Under the pieces are notes generated by a model. That model was not told the DNA's origin, made no database searches, and worked only from the letters and a program-made list of their open reading frames with translations. From assembly GCA_043228905.1 (NCBI GenBank), contig JBHGNT010000010.1, positions 5,394,001 to 5,458,000 on the forward strand: 64,000 nt of DNA. The letters run 5' to 3'. The position numbers were made by a program, and so were the translations under genes. Position 1 is the stretch's first letter. Each line of letters begins with the position of its first letter. Source of the DNA: Azolla caroliniana. Its lineage: Eukaryota; Plantae; Polypodiophyta. Positions 1 through 12,997 of the stretch are shown here, one piece after another.

Positions 1-1115
1 GGAGCTTTTGCTGAAGTGGGTAGTGTGGTTCATCCCAGTATAGCCAACAAAGGCTGCCAGTCAAGAGGCTGTAAGTATTTCCATCGATATTTCTTGGAGA
101 AGGAAAGTATAATGCAGGAGAGTGGAATTGGGTGAAAGAGTATCGTATGCATAGTGGCAGCTATGACAAATCCCCAAAGTGGAACGCTATTTTATCCAGA
201 CTTTGCAAAGTACTGCCACCACCTATGGACATTTTAATTCAAGAGAATGAGAATGAGAATGAGGATGGGTGAACCGTTTTCTTGAAAAAAGCCACTCATA
301 TTATGCCTTTATGACAAAGGGATCCATTCTCACCTTTTTTAGCAATGCCAGGAAAGAAAACATAGCTATTATATGGTATTCAGCATAGAGACATGGATAA
401 AGAGAGAGTCCCTTGTTTTGCCACTGCTTTTCATGATATCAAGTTTGCTTGAGATAAAAGAAGAAATGGACACCTTTTTTGTTTGCAACATGGTGGGCAT
501 AAAGCCAACAGGTCAATCCAAAGATAGATGGACTTAAACTTGAGATAATAAGCTTCTCTAACCAGCGGAATGCTCAGTTTCTATCATTACTTGGAGCATG
601 GAGTCCGGTGTCGAAGCAAAGAAAGGATATCTAGCTTAATTTTTGCACTTTGTTTATGCAGCATTCTTGTATCCAAATAATTTAGAACAACAAAAATGTG
701 AAAAATACATATTTCAAGGATTGGCTGCCATGTGAAACTCATTTTGCTGATTGACTTCTTCTGAGCATTTGTTTTCCTTCTTCTTGGTGAGTCTTGTACC
801 ATTGGATAACCTCATTCTGCAAACTTAATTTGAGGGGTCAGAAATCTCTTTTGTAGGTTACAAGAATAGGAAATGGAGGAATGCTTCAGAAATTACCATG
901 TAATGCATGCCGTTTATCGCCATTTCTTTACATCATCCCATTGATCTTTGATATATACCATCTACCTTCATCATTTCTGCTGTTAATTAAACACTGCATA
1001 AAGGTAGATAGATTGTACATACATATTGAAGGCGTTGGTAACTTGACATTGTTAAGATTAAAATATATTTCAAATGTTAGACACAAACTTGGAAATCAGT
1101 GTAAGCTCCTAGATT

Positions 1116-1565
1116 AAGCTAGAAATAAGTTTACCACACTTTTTGTAACAAATTCATTTGGTTAAAAGACATCTTTTTGTTGACGCCAAATAAGAGCTCT
1201 TCAACCTAATCCCAATTTGAAATAACAATGTTGCCAAGGCTTCACTTAATGGTACTATTGACACTTAAGCTAGAAATAAGTTTGCCACACTTTTTGAAAC
1301 AATTTCAATTGGTTAGAATGCATCTTTTTGTTGATGCCAAATAAGAGCTCTTCAACCTAATCGCAATTTGAAATAACAATGTTGCCAAGGCTTCACTTAA
1401 TGGTAGTATTGACACTTAAGCTAGAAATAAGTTTGCCACACTTTTCAAAACAATTTCAATCAGTTAAAAGTCATCTTTTTGTTGACGCCGAGTGAGAGCT
1501 CTTCAACCTAATCACAATTTGAAATAACAATGTTGCCAAGGTTTCACTTAAAGGTAGTATTGACA
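1116..1565. repeat. Tandem repeat, ~150-bp unit x3
   Basis: Unit TAAGCTAGAAATAAGTTT...GGTA(C/G)TATTGACA starts at ~1116, ~1266 and ~1417 with high similarity. Confidence 0.9.
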
Positions 1566-2227
1566 TTCCCAGCTAATCTTGACCTAGAAATCGTCTAAAC
1601 TAGCATTGGGCTTCTTCCTCAACTTATAACTGACCTTACACACATACACACACATACATCAACATCATAGACAAATGATGAATTATGAATAAGACAAAGG
1701 TGGTGTAAGGGAAATGAATGGCGACACATGTGGCAGTAGTCAAGATGGTGGACAAATACTTATTCTATGTGAAAACATCACAAGAAAACAATTGAACTCT
1801 ATTTTTAGTACAAAATCATAACAAGCCTCACTAGAATGCTAGGTTTTTTATAGAGAAAGTGGAAAATTTAGAAACTATTTAAAGAGTGCCAGGTTGGCAA
1901 AGTAAGAAGTGTCACTATCTTGTTGGCTAGTTCCCAATTCAATAGATTTCGCAAATGTTAGCTTGTTATAGTAGGAGAGAGAGTGTGCATGTAGCTAGTG
2001 TGTGTCCTAGGTTTGGGTAAGCATGGAGGTTTAGGGTTTAGGGGTATTTTGAGTAATTTCCCTAAACTTGTTTACTATGTGTCGATTTTTAGGAATGATT
2101 GGAAATTGGAATGCAAGGGTATTTTGCTTAACTTCCCAAAACTTCTGTACTATTGGGTGTTTAGGGTTTAGGGTTTTGGGGGTACATATTTCAGGAATGA
2201 TTGGAAATGGGAATGCAACTTGCATTG

Positions 2228-2492
2228 GGCACGGTTTCGGCTCAAACCGAACCGAACCGTGGTTTATTGGTTCAAAGATAAATAAATCGTTTAGTTTGGT
2301 TTCAAATATTATGATCCGGTTTGGTTCGGTTTCGAATTTTGTGGTTTAGTGGCTTATCGGTTTAGTGGTTTCAGTTCGGTTTGGTTTTGAATTTCACGGT
2401 TTAGTGGTTTAGCGGTTTCGGCTTATGTGGTTTGGTTTAAAGGTTTAAAAGTTTTGAATGTTTAAAGGTTTATAGGTTTATCGGTTTGGTTT
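2228..2492. repeat. CGGTTT/AACCGA-rich segment, possible end of a non-autonomous DNA transposon, upstream of the RRM gene
   Basis: Dense GGTTCGGTTT/AAACCGAACCG motifs resembling hAT-type subterminal repeats. Flanked by a diverged repeat (TTTCAGGAATGATTGGAAA) and telobox-like TAGGGTTT at ~2032, ~2162, ~2169 and ~2679. No matching second TIR seen. Confidence 0.4.
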
Positions 2493-2743
2493 GAATAAAC
2501 GAGGAGTTTTTGGGGGATATTTCAGGAATTATTGGAAATTGAAGTGCAAGGGTATTTTTTTGCATAATTTCCCTAAACTTGTTTTCTTTGCTTTTTTTGT
2601 TTTGTTTTGTTTTTACTTTCGCCTTTTCTCTTTCATTGCGCGTTCTCATCTGCAAGAAGAAAGACGAGCGCAGGTTTTTAGGGTTTCTCAGATCTGTGTC
2701 TGTGTCTCTTCTCTCCTTCTCCCCTTCTCCCTGCAGATAGTTT

Positions 2744-5700
2744 ATGGCGGATTATTGGCGCTTCTCAGACCGAGCTCCTCCTCTCTCAGTTCCGCCCAAG
2801 AGGCCTCGTGCAGAACACGGTATGTATCCGCAATCATGTGTTTACGTATAATTTTTTTCATTTTCCTTCCGTTCTTTTAGATCTGTTTAAATTATATGAC
2901 TGTCTCCTCTGTAAATTTTCGATCTACATAAAGAACCTTGGATTTCATCGTATTTTGCTTTGTCTAATTGTATCACAATAAGCTGCGATTTGACTTTCTT
3001 TTCTGTTAAAAAACCGTGAATTTTCTCTATACGATCTGTAAACAAGTTTTGTCATTTCCTAAAAAATCGTGAATTTTCTCTTTAGGATTTGCAAAAAATC
3101 CTCTGAATTTTGTGCTTCAAACTGAAAGAAAATCTCACATGTATAAAAGCTCAAAATATTCGTTTTTATGACTCTCCTATCACGAAAACATCCAGCTTTC
3201 TCTTTTCTTGACCAGAAAACATCTCCAATTGTCCTCTACCTCATCTGTGAAAACTTCGGATGACTGTTTTTACCTTATTTGTAAGACTGTTTAATGTACA
3301 ATGTCAATGTTGCACCAAAGAGAATATCCTCAAATTCTTTTGCTTCATTTTCACCCATAATTACCTCAATTTTTGCAGAGGATATTCCTCCAGGCACTGG
3401 AATTTTGCAGTCTGAAGAGCCTCGATATGATGGTAGAGATGGACGCTTCTCATGGAGAGAACCGGAATCTCTAGGGTTTGGAGGGAACATGGTATGTAGT
3501 TTTATGAATTAACTCTTCAATTGCTTAAAAACATTGACAAAATCCCATTGGCATTGTCGGTGCATTTTCGTGAAGTATCCAAAAAATTCATTTACTTTTA
3601 GTTTGATTTGTTTTCTTGTCATTAGTTGGATACATTCTCTTGTAGTTTGAAGAGAATGCGTGTCCTCAACTTGGACACAGCGCTGATTCTTTATCATTTT
3701 TGGATATTTCCTGACCTTAGGTTTGATGCACTTTTTGGGGGGGGTCACTATGAAATATGTGTCATTATCCATCACTTTAAAGGGTAGTTTTTATGTACCC
3801 CTTTCTCGTGTTTGTACTTGAAATTGTGTTTACATTTTCTATATTTAAAAGAGTTTTTTAAGATTGAATAAAACAAGGACATCTTTAACTAAAAATCAAC
3901 AGAAAAGGTGGTCTTAAAGTAGACCTTGAATGCACACAATGTAGCAGGTGTGCTTATAATGAACCCACCTAATAAATTTTTGTGGAGTTCTGAAAAGTCC
4001 ATATCTTTATTTTCATGCATTTTCCTGGATTTTAAAGTTTGCTTTCAATTTTCAAGAAGTTTGTCTTTTTTATTTTTCTTGATGCATTTTCTTTTCTGAG
4101 GGAATGTCAACGAGTCTTAATTTATTGCATTGTTTTCCAGAATGCATATGGATCAGGTGGCACAATTTCTGGCTCGGATATGGTAGGATTTGGAGGAGGT
4201 GGGCAGCCTTTCTCAAGTATTAATCCTTCTGGTAATCTTGGCCTTCCAAACATGGGTTTATCTTCTTTGAATGGTCCTCAAGGAGGGCAAATACCTGGAG
4301 GGTCTGAACGAGGTATTCTAAAACCACCCCAAATGAGTGGTGGAGGGAGACTAGATTATCATCACGGGCATGATTCTCTACTTGGAGGACCAGCAGGCCT
4401 TGGAGTAGTCCCTCCTGATGCTACACCGACTTTGTATGTGGAAGGAATTCCCTCAGATTGTACTCGAAGAGAAGCAGCTCGTATCCATATCTAATCTCCT
4501 TCTTTTATCAATGATTGCTAATTTCACAGGTTTTTATTCTATTTTTTAATGATGTATGTAAGTCTCCTCAATGTGGAATTCTAGATATCTTTCGACCTTT
4601 TGTTGGATTTAAGGACATACGATTAGTGCGCAAAGATGCGAAACGGGTTAGTTGATTAGCTTTTGTCCCATATAACAAAGTTTCAAGAGATTTTTGTAGA
4701 CAGATACACTGCTTTTAATTGGTCTAACCTGTGAGTCAATTAGTGGCAACGATTCAGTTAACTACTTTTAACTAGAGCTTAGGTGTTCACTTATTAGGAG
4801 TAATATGTGAGTCAACCAGTTACACCTAATCAAGGTTTCAGAACTTTTTGTAGTGTGTATGTGTTTTGAAGCCAAGTCTTGCTTTTCATGCATTCATTTG
4901 TTGAAGTTGTTTCTCAATGATTTTAAAGCTATCAAGTATTTTGTTTCTGGTCTTTTGATTCTTGATGCTGTTTCATTTTGCAAATGTTCAGCCTGGAGGG
5001 GATCAGTTTACACTGTGCTTCGTAGACTTCACAGATCCAAAGTGTGCTTCAATTGCATTGGAGGCCTTACAAGGTATGTTATGGTGTTTACAATGTCTCA
5101 TATACAATTCAATGTTTGAAATGTTTTTGTTTATAGACCTAAGGAGGTTTCAAGCGACTTAATTGTCAAATTTTTCATTGGCTAAAATTATGACGGATAT
5201 ACTTACAAGTCCATGCAGAGCAGTTATTTTTTATGGCATTGGTAGGTATTTTCTTGATATTGCCAACAGCCATTATGAAATTTACTTACCATTGTTTAGA
5301 GGCTTCAACCGGCCAATAGCTCAAAATATTGGCTGTAATAAAATTGTTTATATCTGTTTTCATCATTATTTTCTTGCAGTCGCATGTTACTAAGGGCAAA
5401 TCCTTAGTCCTTAATAGTAATTTCTGAGTAGTCAGTCTTAAGAACGCAGGAGAAAAGTTTATTTAAAAAAAGTTTTACACGTGCTATATATCCAACCAAA
5501 TTTGGAGGTGTTTGTTGCGATGTCTGATATATTACTTGGCCCTGTTGTTTCTAAGGACACTCATTGCAAATGATGAGTAATCATTCCTTCGATTTGTCCA
5601 TGGTGCGTTCTTTCATACAGTGTTCTCACTTAACATTTATCCTTATCAATCCACTGAATTCAATCGTTTAGTAGAAGGTATTGGATCATTGATAACAGGC

Positions 5701-6118
5701 CACTTTCTGGGAAGTTATAACAGTGTTGTCATTCTAAGGGTTCTTTTTAAAGTAGAGCTACTGATTGCACTCATTAATAGCGCGTCACTTTTTTCGCCTA
5801 GTTAAAAAGATATTATTATTCTGCATTTTTCTGGCTAACATCTAAGTTTTGAAACGTATATCTAGTTCGTCGGCGGCTTCTTTTCCACCTTCGCTCAAAA
5901 CCTACCACGTAAATCATAAAAATCGTTTTTCAGGATATAAGTTCGACGAAACAGACGGAAGTTCCGAAATGCTACGATTGCAGTATTCTCGTTTCCCGGG
6001 GACTCGCCCTCCTTCACGTGATATTCCGGGTCCACGTGAGGCTCCTCAAGGGGGTCGGGGACGGGGACGGGGCCGTGGTCGTGACTCTTTCAATTCTAAC
6101 CGTCCGTTTCGACATTGA
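2744..6118 (+). CDS. Nuclear speckle RNA-binding protein / RBP1-like single-RRM protein, ~285 aa; join(2744..2819,3379..3491,4141..4480,4585..4646,4992..5073,5934..6118)
   Basis: All introns GT-AG and phases join into one frame (858 nt). N-term MADYWR...PPKRPR; RRM TLYVEGIPSDCTRREAAHIFRPFVGFKDIRLV...LCFVDFTDPKCASIALEALQGYKFDE...LRLQYSRFPG typical of plant NSR/RBP1 proteins; C-terminal RG repeats. Confidence 0.9.
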
Positions 6119-9100
6119 TTCCTAGTCGTAACTTAACTTTCTCACGTGCGCGATGTGATCTGAAATCAGGCTAAACATATATATGCTTTGATCATGGGGA
6201 TTAAGTTAATATTAGTATGATCAATCTATAAAAAGCGAATGTACCTCTGACGACATGTTTTGTGTGAGCCGTGTTTATCAAGTGAATGTACCCTAAGGCT
6301 TAGACGACACGTTCTGTATGTTTATCATTATATGCTCGATTTGGGCTTGCTTACTAATCAGATTCGTATTTTAATCACTTTTAATTTTACGGCTCAGATT
6401 GGTATCTTAATTGCTTTTAATTTGACGGTTTGACTTATCGTTAGTAGTGTCTAGAACCTGGAAAGATATCCATATATGGCATGGGTTTATATGCAGTCTG
6501 TGATCATTGCCCCTGTTTGTCTTCATGGAGATAAAGTAGCAATGTACCTGCTGCATCCAATGATAGGGCTAGTTTGTATATCTACTGGGTATATTACTAG
6601 ATACAGTTGGATCATATACTTTTTATCACCATATATATAGTTGGAAATTGTGGGAATGAATGTGAGGTCAAATTCCATTATATCTTTTTTTGATTCTGCT
6701 TGCAAACTACCCCGTCTATTTTATTCACCCTCTGTTATTATTGCTAATTTTTCCTTCTTGGAGTATAGCTCAGGCAATTTACTTTATATTTATTTTGAAC
6801 ATAATTGATTTGAGCATAAAGGGAGCACCAGGCCATCATCTTCTATATCTAGAATACTCAGCTCTATATGCCAGCCATTCCTTTTTATGAGGTTGGTTGT
6901 TTCAGTTTCAAACTATTTTGTTTCAGGTTGCACAGATTAACCTGTCAGATGTAAAACTGATCATGTCACTATTATCTGGCATATGTGAGTGAACTGGAAC
7001 TGCTACCACATCTATTGTTTATTCCCATTGTTAGTTGTGCTTGCTGGCATCAACTAGTTAACCTACTATGTGGAGCTGGAAATTGAACTGATGTTTGATG
7101 TGTAGCATCACAGTCGATTGTTTACCATATGGTTACTTTGGATGATGCCGAAGTCAGCATATAAAGAGAGGTGTTATACCATACTATCCTCTACTATATA
7201 TAGAAGGCTTGGTTCAATATGCCAGCCACCACTTTTTATGAGTTTGATTGTTTCGGTTTGTTTAAACTGTTTTTGCTCAGGCGAATGTGAATGAACTCAA
7301 CATTCTTTATTCCCATTGGCATTAACCATTTACCTCCTATCTATGGAGTAGGAAATTGAGCCTGTTAAACTTGGGCGCAGAAGGGTACTCTCCATTGTTT
7401 TCAAAAACTCTATTAACACTGTAAAATGTTGCAGAACATATGATTCCAAGCTTATCAATGCATGCGTGTTTACTGGGAATTAATATTTTACATTCTCCAA
7501 TCCATGGATACATACTACAATGTGATGCCTTCACAATACAATTTGATGCTATGCAATGTCATTAATTTAGCTTTTGCTACTATTATGAATGTCGGGAATG
7601 AAAATTTGTGTGCTCTTTACCACAAATAAGTTTCTATCCATCCTTGGAATGTATTACGAATCATGTTTGGATTGAAAGTATAAAGATTGTTGTGTTTACT
7701 TTGCTAAGAATATTTTGCTGACAATGTTAATAATATACTGTAGTTGAGGTGCCGAATGTGTTTAAATGGAAATTTAAATAAGACAAGCAAATGCAGTTAG
7801 TGATGTGATATGAGCCAAGCATGGTCTTTGAGCTCCTCAACATAGGAAGATTTTCATGGGAACTAATGTATATTTATCCAATGTGGAGAGGGTATTCAGC
7901 AACATATTCAATAACCAAGAGTAAGTAGTGCATGTTGATAAAACGCCTCAAATCTCTAATTCCACAATTGTTCAAATTGTGGGATGTTTAGTAATTTGTA
8001 TTAAAATAGATGCATTGATTTGTAACTCTAGTTATGACTTGCGTTTGCTCAAGCATATCAAAGCAATTGGTTTCTCTACAAGCTGACTTTGTGATATTAC
8101 ATTTGGTCCTAATTATAATGATAATTGAATGATCAATTACAAACCTCTATTGGGTAACGATGTTGTCTCCTAAGTTATGTACATTGCCTTCCATGATTGT
8201 GTCATATATTATTGTGTATTTGAGGTCATGGCTCATCAATAAGAACAGTCACTGTAATGAAAGCACTTTGGATTCTTTGCTGCTAAGACAATTCTCTTAT
8301 AAAGTTATGGCGCGGTAACAAAAATGCCTGAAATAAGTAAGATCAACTTCATGTATGAGAGCTCAAAGTTACTACTATCTAGTTAGTGATTTAATCATCA
8401 ATATAAATAGATAAATGAATCAATAAAAGCTTTGAGCTAAATTATAAGAACTCGAAGTTTGCTTTGGTCTATGAGTTGGCAACATAATCATCACTTTCAA
8501 TAAATGAATGGATTTATTCAGAAATGTATCCACTTATTATCCTTGAACATTGTTATAAGTTGGTAGTTGATAGGGATAACTAATAAAATATGGAAAATTT
8601 TATACTACTCTGTGGTTACAGTAGGACCACATGTGGAGTGAAGATACAGTGCAATGAAGCTGAGCATTGAAGTCAAGAAATCAAACAGTGAATATCTAAT
8701 AGCTGATTATATCCTACCAATAATTTTTTGAATTTGTCTTGAATGTCTACAACATTAACATGTGTAACATAAATAGAGAGCATTTGATAAAACAATATAA
8801 ACATGGATATTCAAAAACCCAAACTAAAAGTTGAAAGCTTTGCGTTGATAGTTATCATCCAAATTGGATCCATTATCATGGATACCGATCACTTTTGAGT
8901 GCTTGTTTTATTATGGGTATATATAAGTAAACATTGGAAGTCTGATAGGTATGCCATAGGATAATATCAATGCAGAAGAGCATAATAATCTATAACCACC
9001 TTTTCATCTCGAGGAGGCTGAGACCCATTGCACCTACATGCATATGTTGACATTGCGTCTCATCTTCTCATTTTACAAGGTACAGAAAAGATAGGTGGAA

Positions 9101-9336
9101 AATTATTTTACTAGGAATAAGAAAGGTCTATATATCATTCTGATAAGCTTCACCATTATAGATCCAGGCCCATTTCTGTCTCTTCACCATGTAAATCTCA
9201 TGTCATCATCAATGGATTCTATATGTGAGTAATGTAAAAGAATGTGGTTAATCATATGTTCTGGGGACAATTCTCTAGTGCCCCTCTAAAGTAGCTGTTG
9301 AGATCCAACTAGACCACACAATATATTTGTCGGTAT

Positions 9337-12300
9337 TCATTCATCCACAAAGACCTTACTCTGTAGCTGGTAAGCCTTCGTGAAGAAGAAGGGCCAGCTA
9401 AGATATGTTGAAGTAACACAACTGAAAGTAGAAGCACCAAGCATCATATTCATGACAACAATTTGAAGTTGAATAGCTTCGATCGGAGATGCCCCACCCA
9501 TTATTAATCCTGTCATTGCTCCTGGAAGACTAATCAAGCCAACCGTTTTTGCATTATCTATCACCGGCGCAAGGGCGACAACCAATGCCCTTCTCACTTG
9601 CTTGATAGTGGCTTGTCTTGGGGTTGCTCCTAAGGCTAGTGCTGTCTCTACCTAGTACAGTAACACAAGAGCCCCCACAAGGTGTCAATTCAACAAACGA
9701 TGAGAAAAGAGCAAAAAAAAAATGTCAACAAGGTTTAAACTCATGTAGCAATGAGAAGAGAGACAAACTCCAAATAATCAGAAATATGTGGGGGTCAAAG
9801 TAGCCATGAGAGGAGAAGAAAACTCTGATGCACACAAGGAAAAACTTCATTGACCATAACATATGAAGACAAGAAATGAACTAACAATTAGAACAGATAA
9901 TTGTCCATGAGGAAAACAACAATGTCTGCCAAAGTTGTCTGATCAAAATAGCAACTAAGAGAGGCAAAACCTCGAATAACAAGGCATCAAGTTAACTAGC
10001 AATGAGATGACACAGAACATTGAAAGCCTATAGGGTGTTAACTCAACTAGCAATAAGAACAATGAAGAACTACAATGCCAACTGACTTAAACTACCAATG
10101 GGAGGAGAGAAAAAATCCGATGCTCAGCATAAAGTGTGAAATCAAAGTAGAAGTGGGAATAGGAAAAAAGGAATCAACAAAGGAAAATTTTAATGCTGCC
10201 CACAAGGTGTGCACTCAAACGACCAGTGAGAACAGAGAACAAACACGACAAGGTTAAGAAATAGGAACAACGCAAAACTACGGCCCCAACAAGATGTGAG
10301 CAATGAGAAAAGAGAGATTATGTAGATTTTTTAATGTCCATGGGACTGAAATCTGATCTATAGGATGTGCAGACAAGCTCCATGGTGAGGATCGAGTTTG
10401 CATGCTCACAATTTTATGACTTTGATGCTATGGTATAAATCACCATGGCAACGACTAGGGAGATGATGATGATAAATTAATGTCCACGGAGGTCTAACAA
10501 TCGTTACAAAGCACTCGGTCTAGTTTCATAGATGGGGCGATTTTGATATGGTAGAACAAAATGGACAAAGAGAAAAAGCTGAAATGAAAACTAAGCTTGT
10601 TGCGTAATCAACGTAAAACAATAGAAAAAGTGGGCCCAAAAAAAAAAACTTTACTATGTACTACTGACCAGACTTTGCTGGATTTTAAGGTCGTCACGGA
10701 GGCGTCTTAGGGTAACTCCCGTGGTAGTCATCGAGTTTCCGACCATCATGCCAGCTATAGGGATGATATAGCGAGGTGTGAAAGGGAAGACTCTCAAGAC
10801 AACGAGAAGCATCATTGTGATGGATGTCCCTAGTAGTATAGAAGCCCCAGCAACATATTTCCCATGTGGGACATGTTTAGCTCTCTGCCCTGCCGTGTAT
10901 CCCGCAACTGCCACCTGTACAATATCACAAAGCTGTTTTAGTTCTAAAATTTCCCCGATTTGCCCCAATACACCGATAAATAAATTAGGTGGGGAACCCC
11001 CCAAAATACCAGCAATTTTCTTTTATATCCTGAAATACCCCTGAATTTTCGTCATTCTTCCAAATGCCCTTTGTCAACCCCTTGAAAGAGAGACAGAGGG
11101 GATGGATTGATCATACAATTGCTGAAATAGAATATATAGTAGGTAAACAAAACACGAACGAATGCACCATATAGTTGCTCCAATAAAACAAATGTTACCA
11201 TTTCAAGGGTTGTCCAAGGGCATTTAGGGAAATAATGAGAACTCGGGCATTTGCGAACATTATAGTATAACAAAACTTGAGGAAACTAAGTAAGATTTGT
11301 TGCAATAAACCCAACTCACATATATTTATGAGGTTTGTTAGTGTTTATTATTTCATTGAAAGAAATCCCCACTTAATTAAGCAAGAGCTCAACCATCAAG
11401 TTTTTGTTACCAAGAAATTGATAGCCACTTTCAGAAGTTCTTCAAATAAAGCTCAACATAACTAGTGAGCTGCTCAAAGCATCAAATAGTTTTCATTGCC
11501 AAGAAAGCACTATAACAAGAATCGGAGAATTGATATTTCAATCTCATTGGAAACATAAATCATTGAAGAAGCTCAACTGCACTAATTTTTATAAAATTGT
11601 TTTCATCACAAATAAAGCATTAGAACTCCAAATCTCCTAGCACACTTTCATTGGGCACAGATCATTCATGCTAAGCCCAACTTAACAAATGCTCAATTAA
11701 TAATAAAAAAGGAATTTAATTTGCAATTCATTGCAAACAAAGCATTACAGCAAAGATTAGTAGTAGAAGAAGAAAATTTCATCTCAAAATGATGTGGCAC
11801 TGTCTACCCCACTTCCATGGGATCAGAATTCATGAAAATAAAACGCAAATGACATAAATCAATGAAGCAACCACCAACAATTTCATTGCAAAAAGAAGCA
11901 TCAAGTATCTATATTATATTTCAATTGAACCATAAATAATGTTAACAAATCACAATTCAATCAATGGAAATCTGAATACTCAAAACATCAAAATTTTCCA
12001 TTGTAGAGGGAGCATAATAGCAAGAATCCTTTCAAGTACTCCAACTGGAACAATAAATCATTCAAACAAATCTGAACTCATCTGAAGTAAATTTGGATGC
12101 TCAAAACATCAAATTTTTGCATTGCCAAGAAAGCATAAGAGCAAGAAACCCTTGAAATCCTTCCATTTTTAACAGTAAAACCATTTAAAGAAATCCAGAT
12201 TTAAACTAACTGTATGCTTGAACCAATAAAAATATCTAGTTGCAAAGAGAAAAACATCATCATAGATTATAGCGAAGATTATTATAGGAAGAAAGACAGT

Positions 12301-12583
12301 AAGTCAAACTCACCATGAAAAGGTAGGCAAGGAGGATGTAGATCACATTTCCTTGAGAGAAAATGAATTCCAAGACGAACCCAATGATGGAAAGTTGAAT
12401 GAAAGATCGAAGAATAGCATATGCCATATCCTTCTCAATCTTCAGCCTCTGTATTATAGACAAGGTGATGGCCAACACAACAATCGCCAGAGCAGCCACC
12501 GGTTTGATCATACCACGTGCAAAGTCTTCCAAAGCAGAAAGATAATCATTCGTTAATAGAGAATCCATCATAATCATAATCAT
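9337..12583 (-). CDS. ALS3: ALUMINUM SENSITIVE 3 / STAR2-like ABC transporter membrane subunit (UPF0014), ~276 aa; complement(join(9337..9651,10669..10914,12314..12583))
   Basis: Three exons with phase-0 GT-AG introns. Motifs RSFIQLSIIGFVLEFIF, AGYTAGQRAKHVP.GKY, FPFTPRYIIPIAGMMVGN, VETALALGATPRQA, DNAKTVGLISLPGAMTGLIMGGASP.EAIQLQIVV match ALS3/STAR2. The start may be any of the clustered ATGs at 12583-12568. Confidence 0.93.
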
Positions 12584-12997
12584 GGATCCTCTTCTTCTTC
12601 TTCTTCTTCTTCTGTTTCTGTTTCTGTTTATTCGATTTCTTCTTCTTCTACTGCTGCTTGTCTTCTTCTGTTTTTGCACATTAGAGACAAGCCAAGCCGT
12701 GAAGATCGATATGCAGGAAATGTGGGCTTTCGAATTCCTGAAACTATGAAATCAATGGAAAACTCGGGATCTGTCAACGCAGGAAAAACATCAAACTTGA
12801 TAGTTGGCAGGGTATATTTGACTCTACTCGCAGAGGAATCTGGGTTTATGAGAAATAGCAGTCCATGCCCCTCCTCTCCTCAAAAAGCCATGCATATCTC
12901 TCTCTCTCCTCTTTTAAACTGGTTTTCACAAATCCCATCATCTGCCCTTCACCCAAGAGCCTCTCAGACTTGTGATGGTTTCTATGATTATGAATAT

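Noticed and set aside
1-800. Possible decayed coding or transposase sequence
   Set aside because: Stops in all frames and no motif I can recognise.
2030-2180. Interstitial telomere
   Set aside because: Only 2-3 TTTAGGG units per site; better read as telobox-like promoter motifs.
12584-12679. Arg-rich N-terminal extension of ALS3
   Set aside because: Starts at a non-ATG codon and comes from a (GAA)n microsatellite in the probable 5' UTR.
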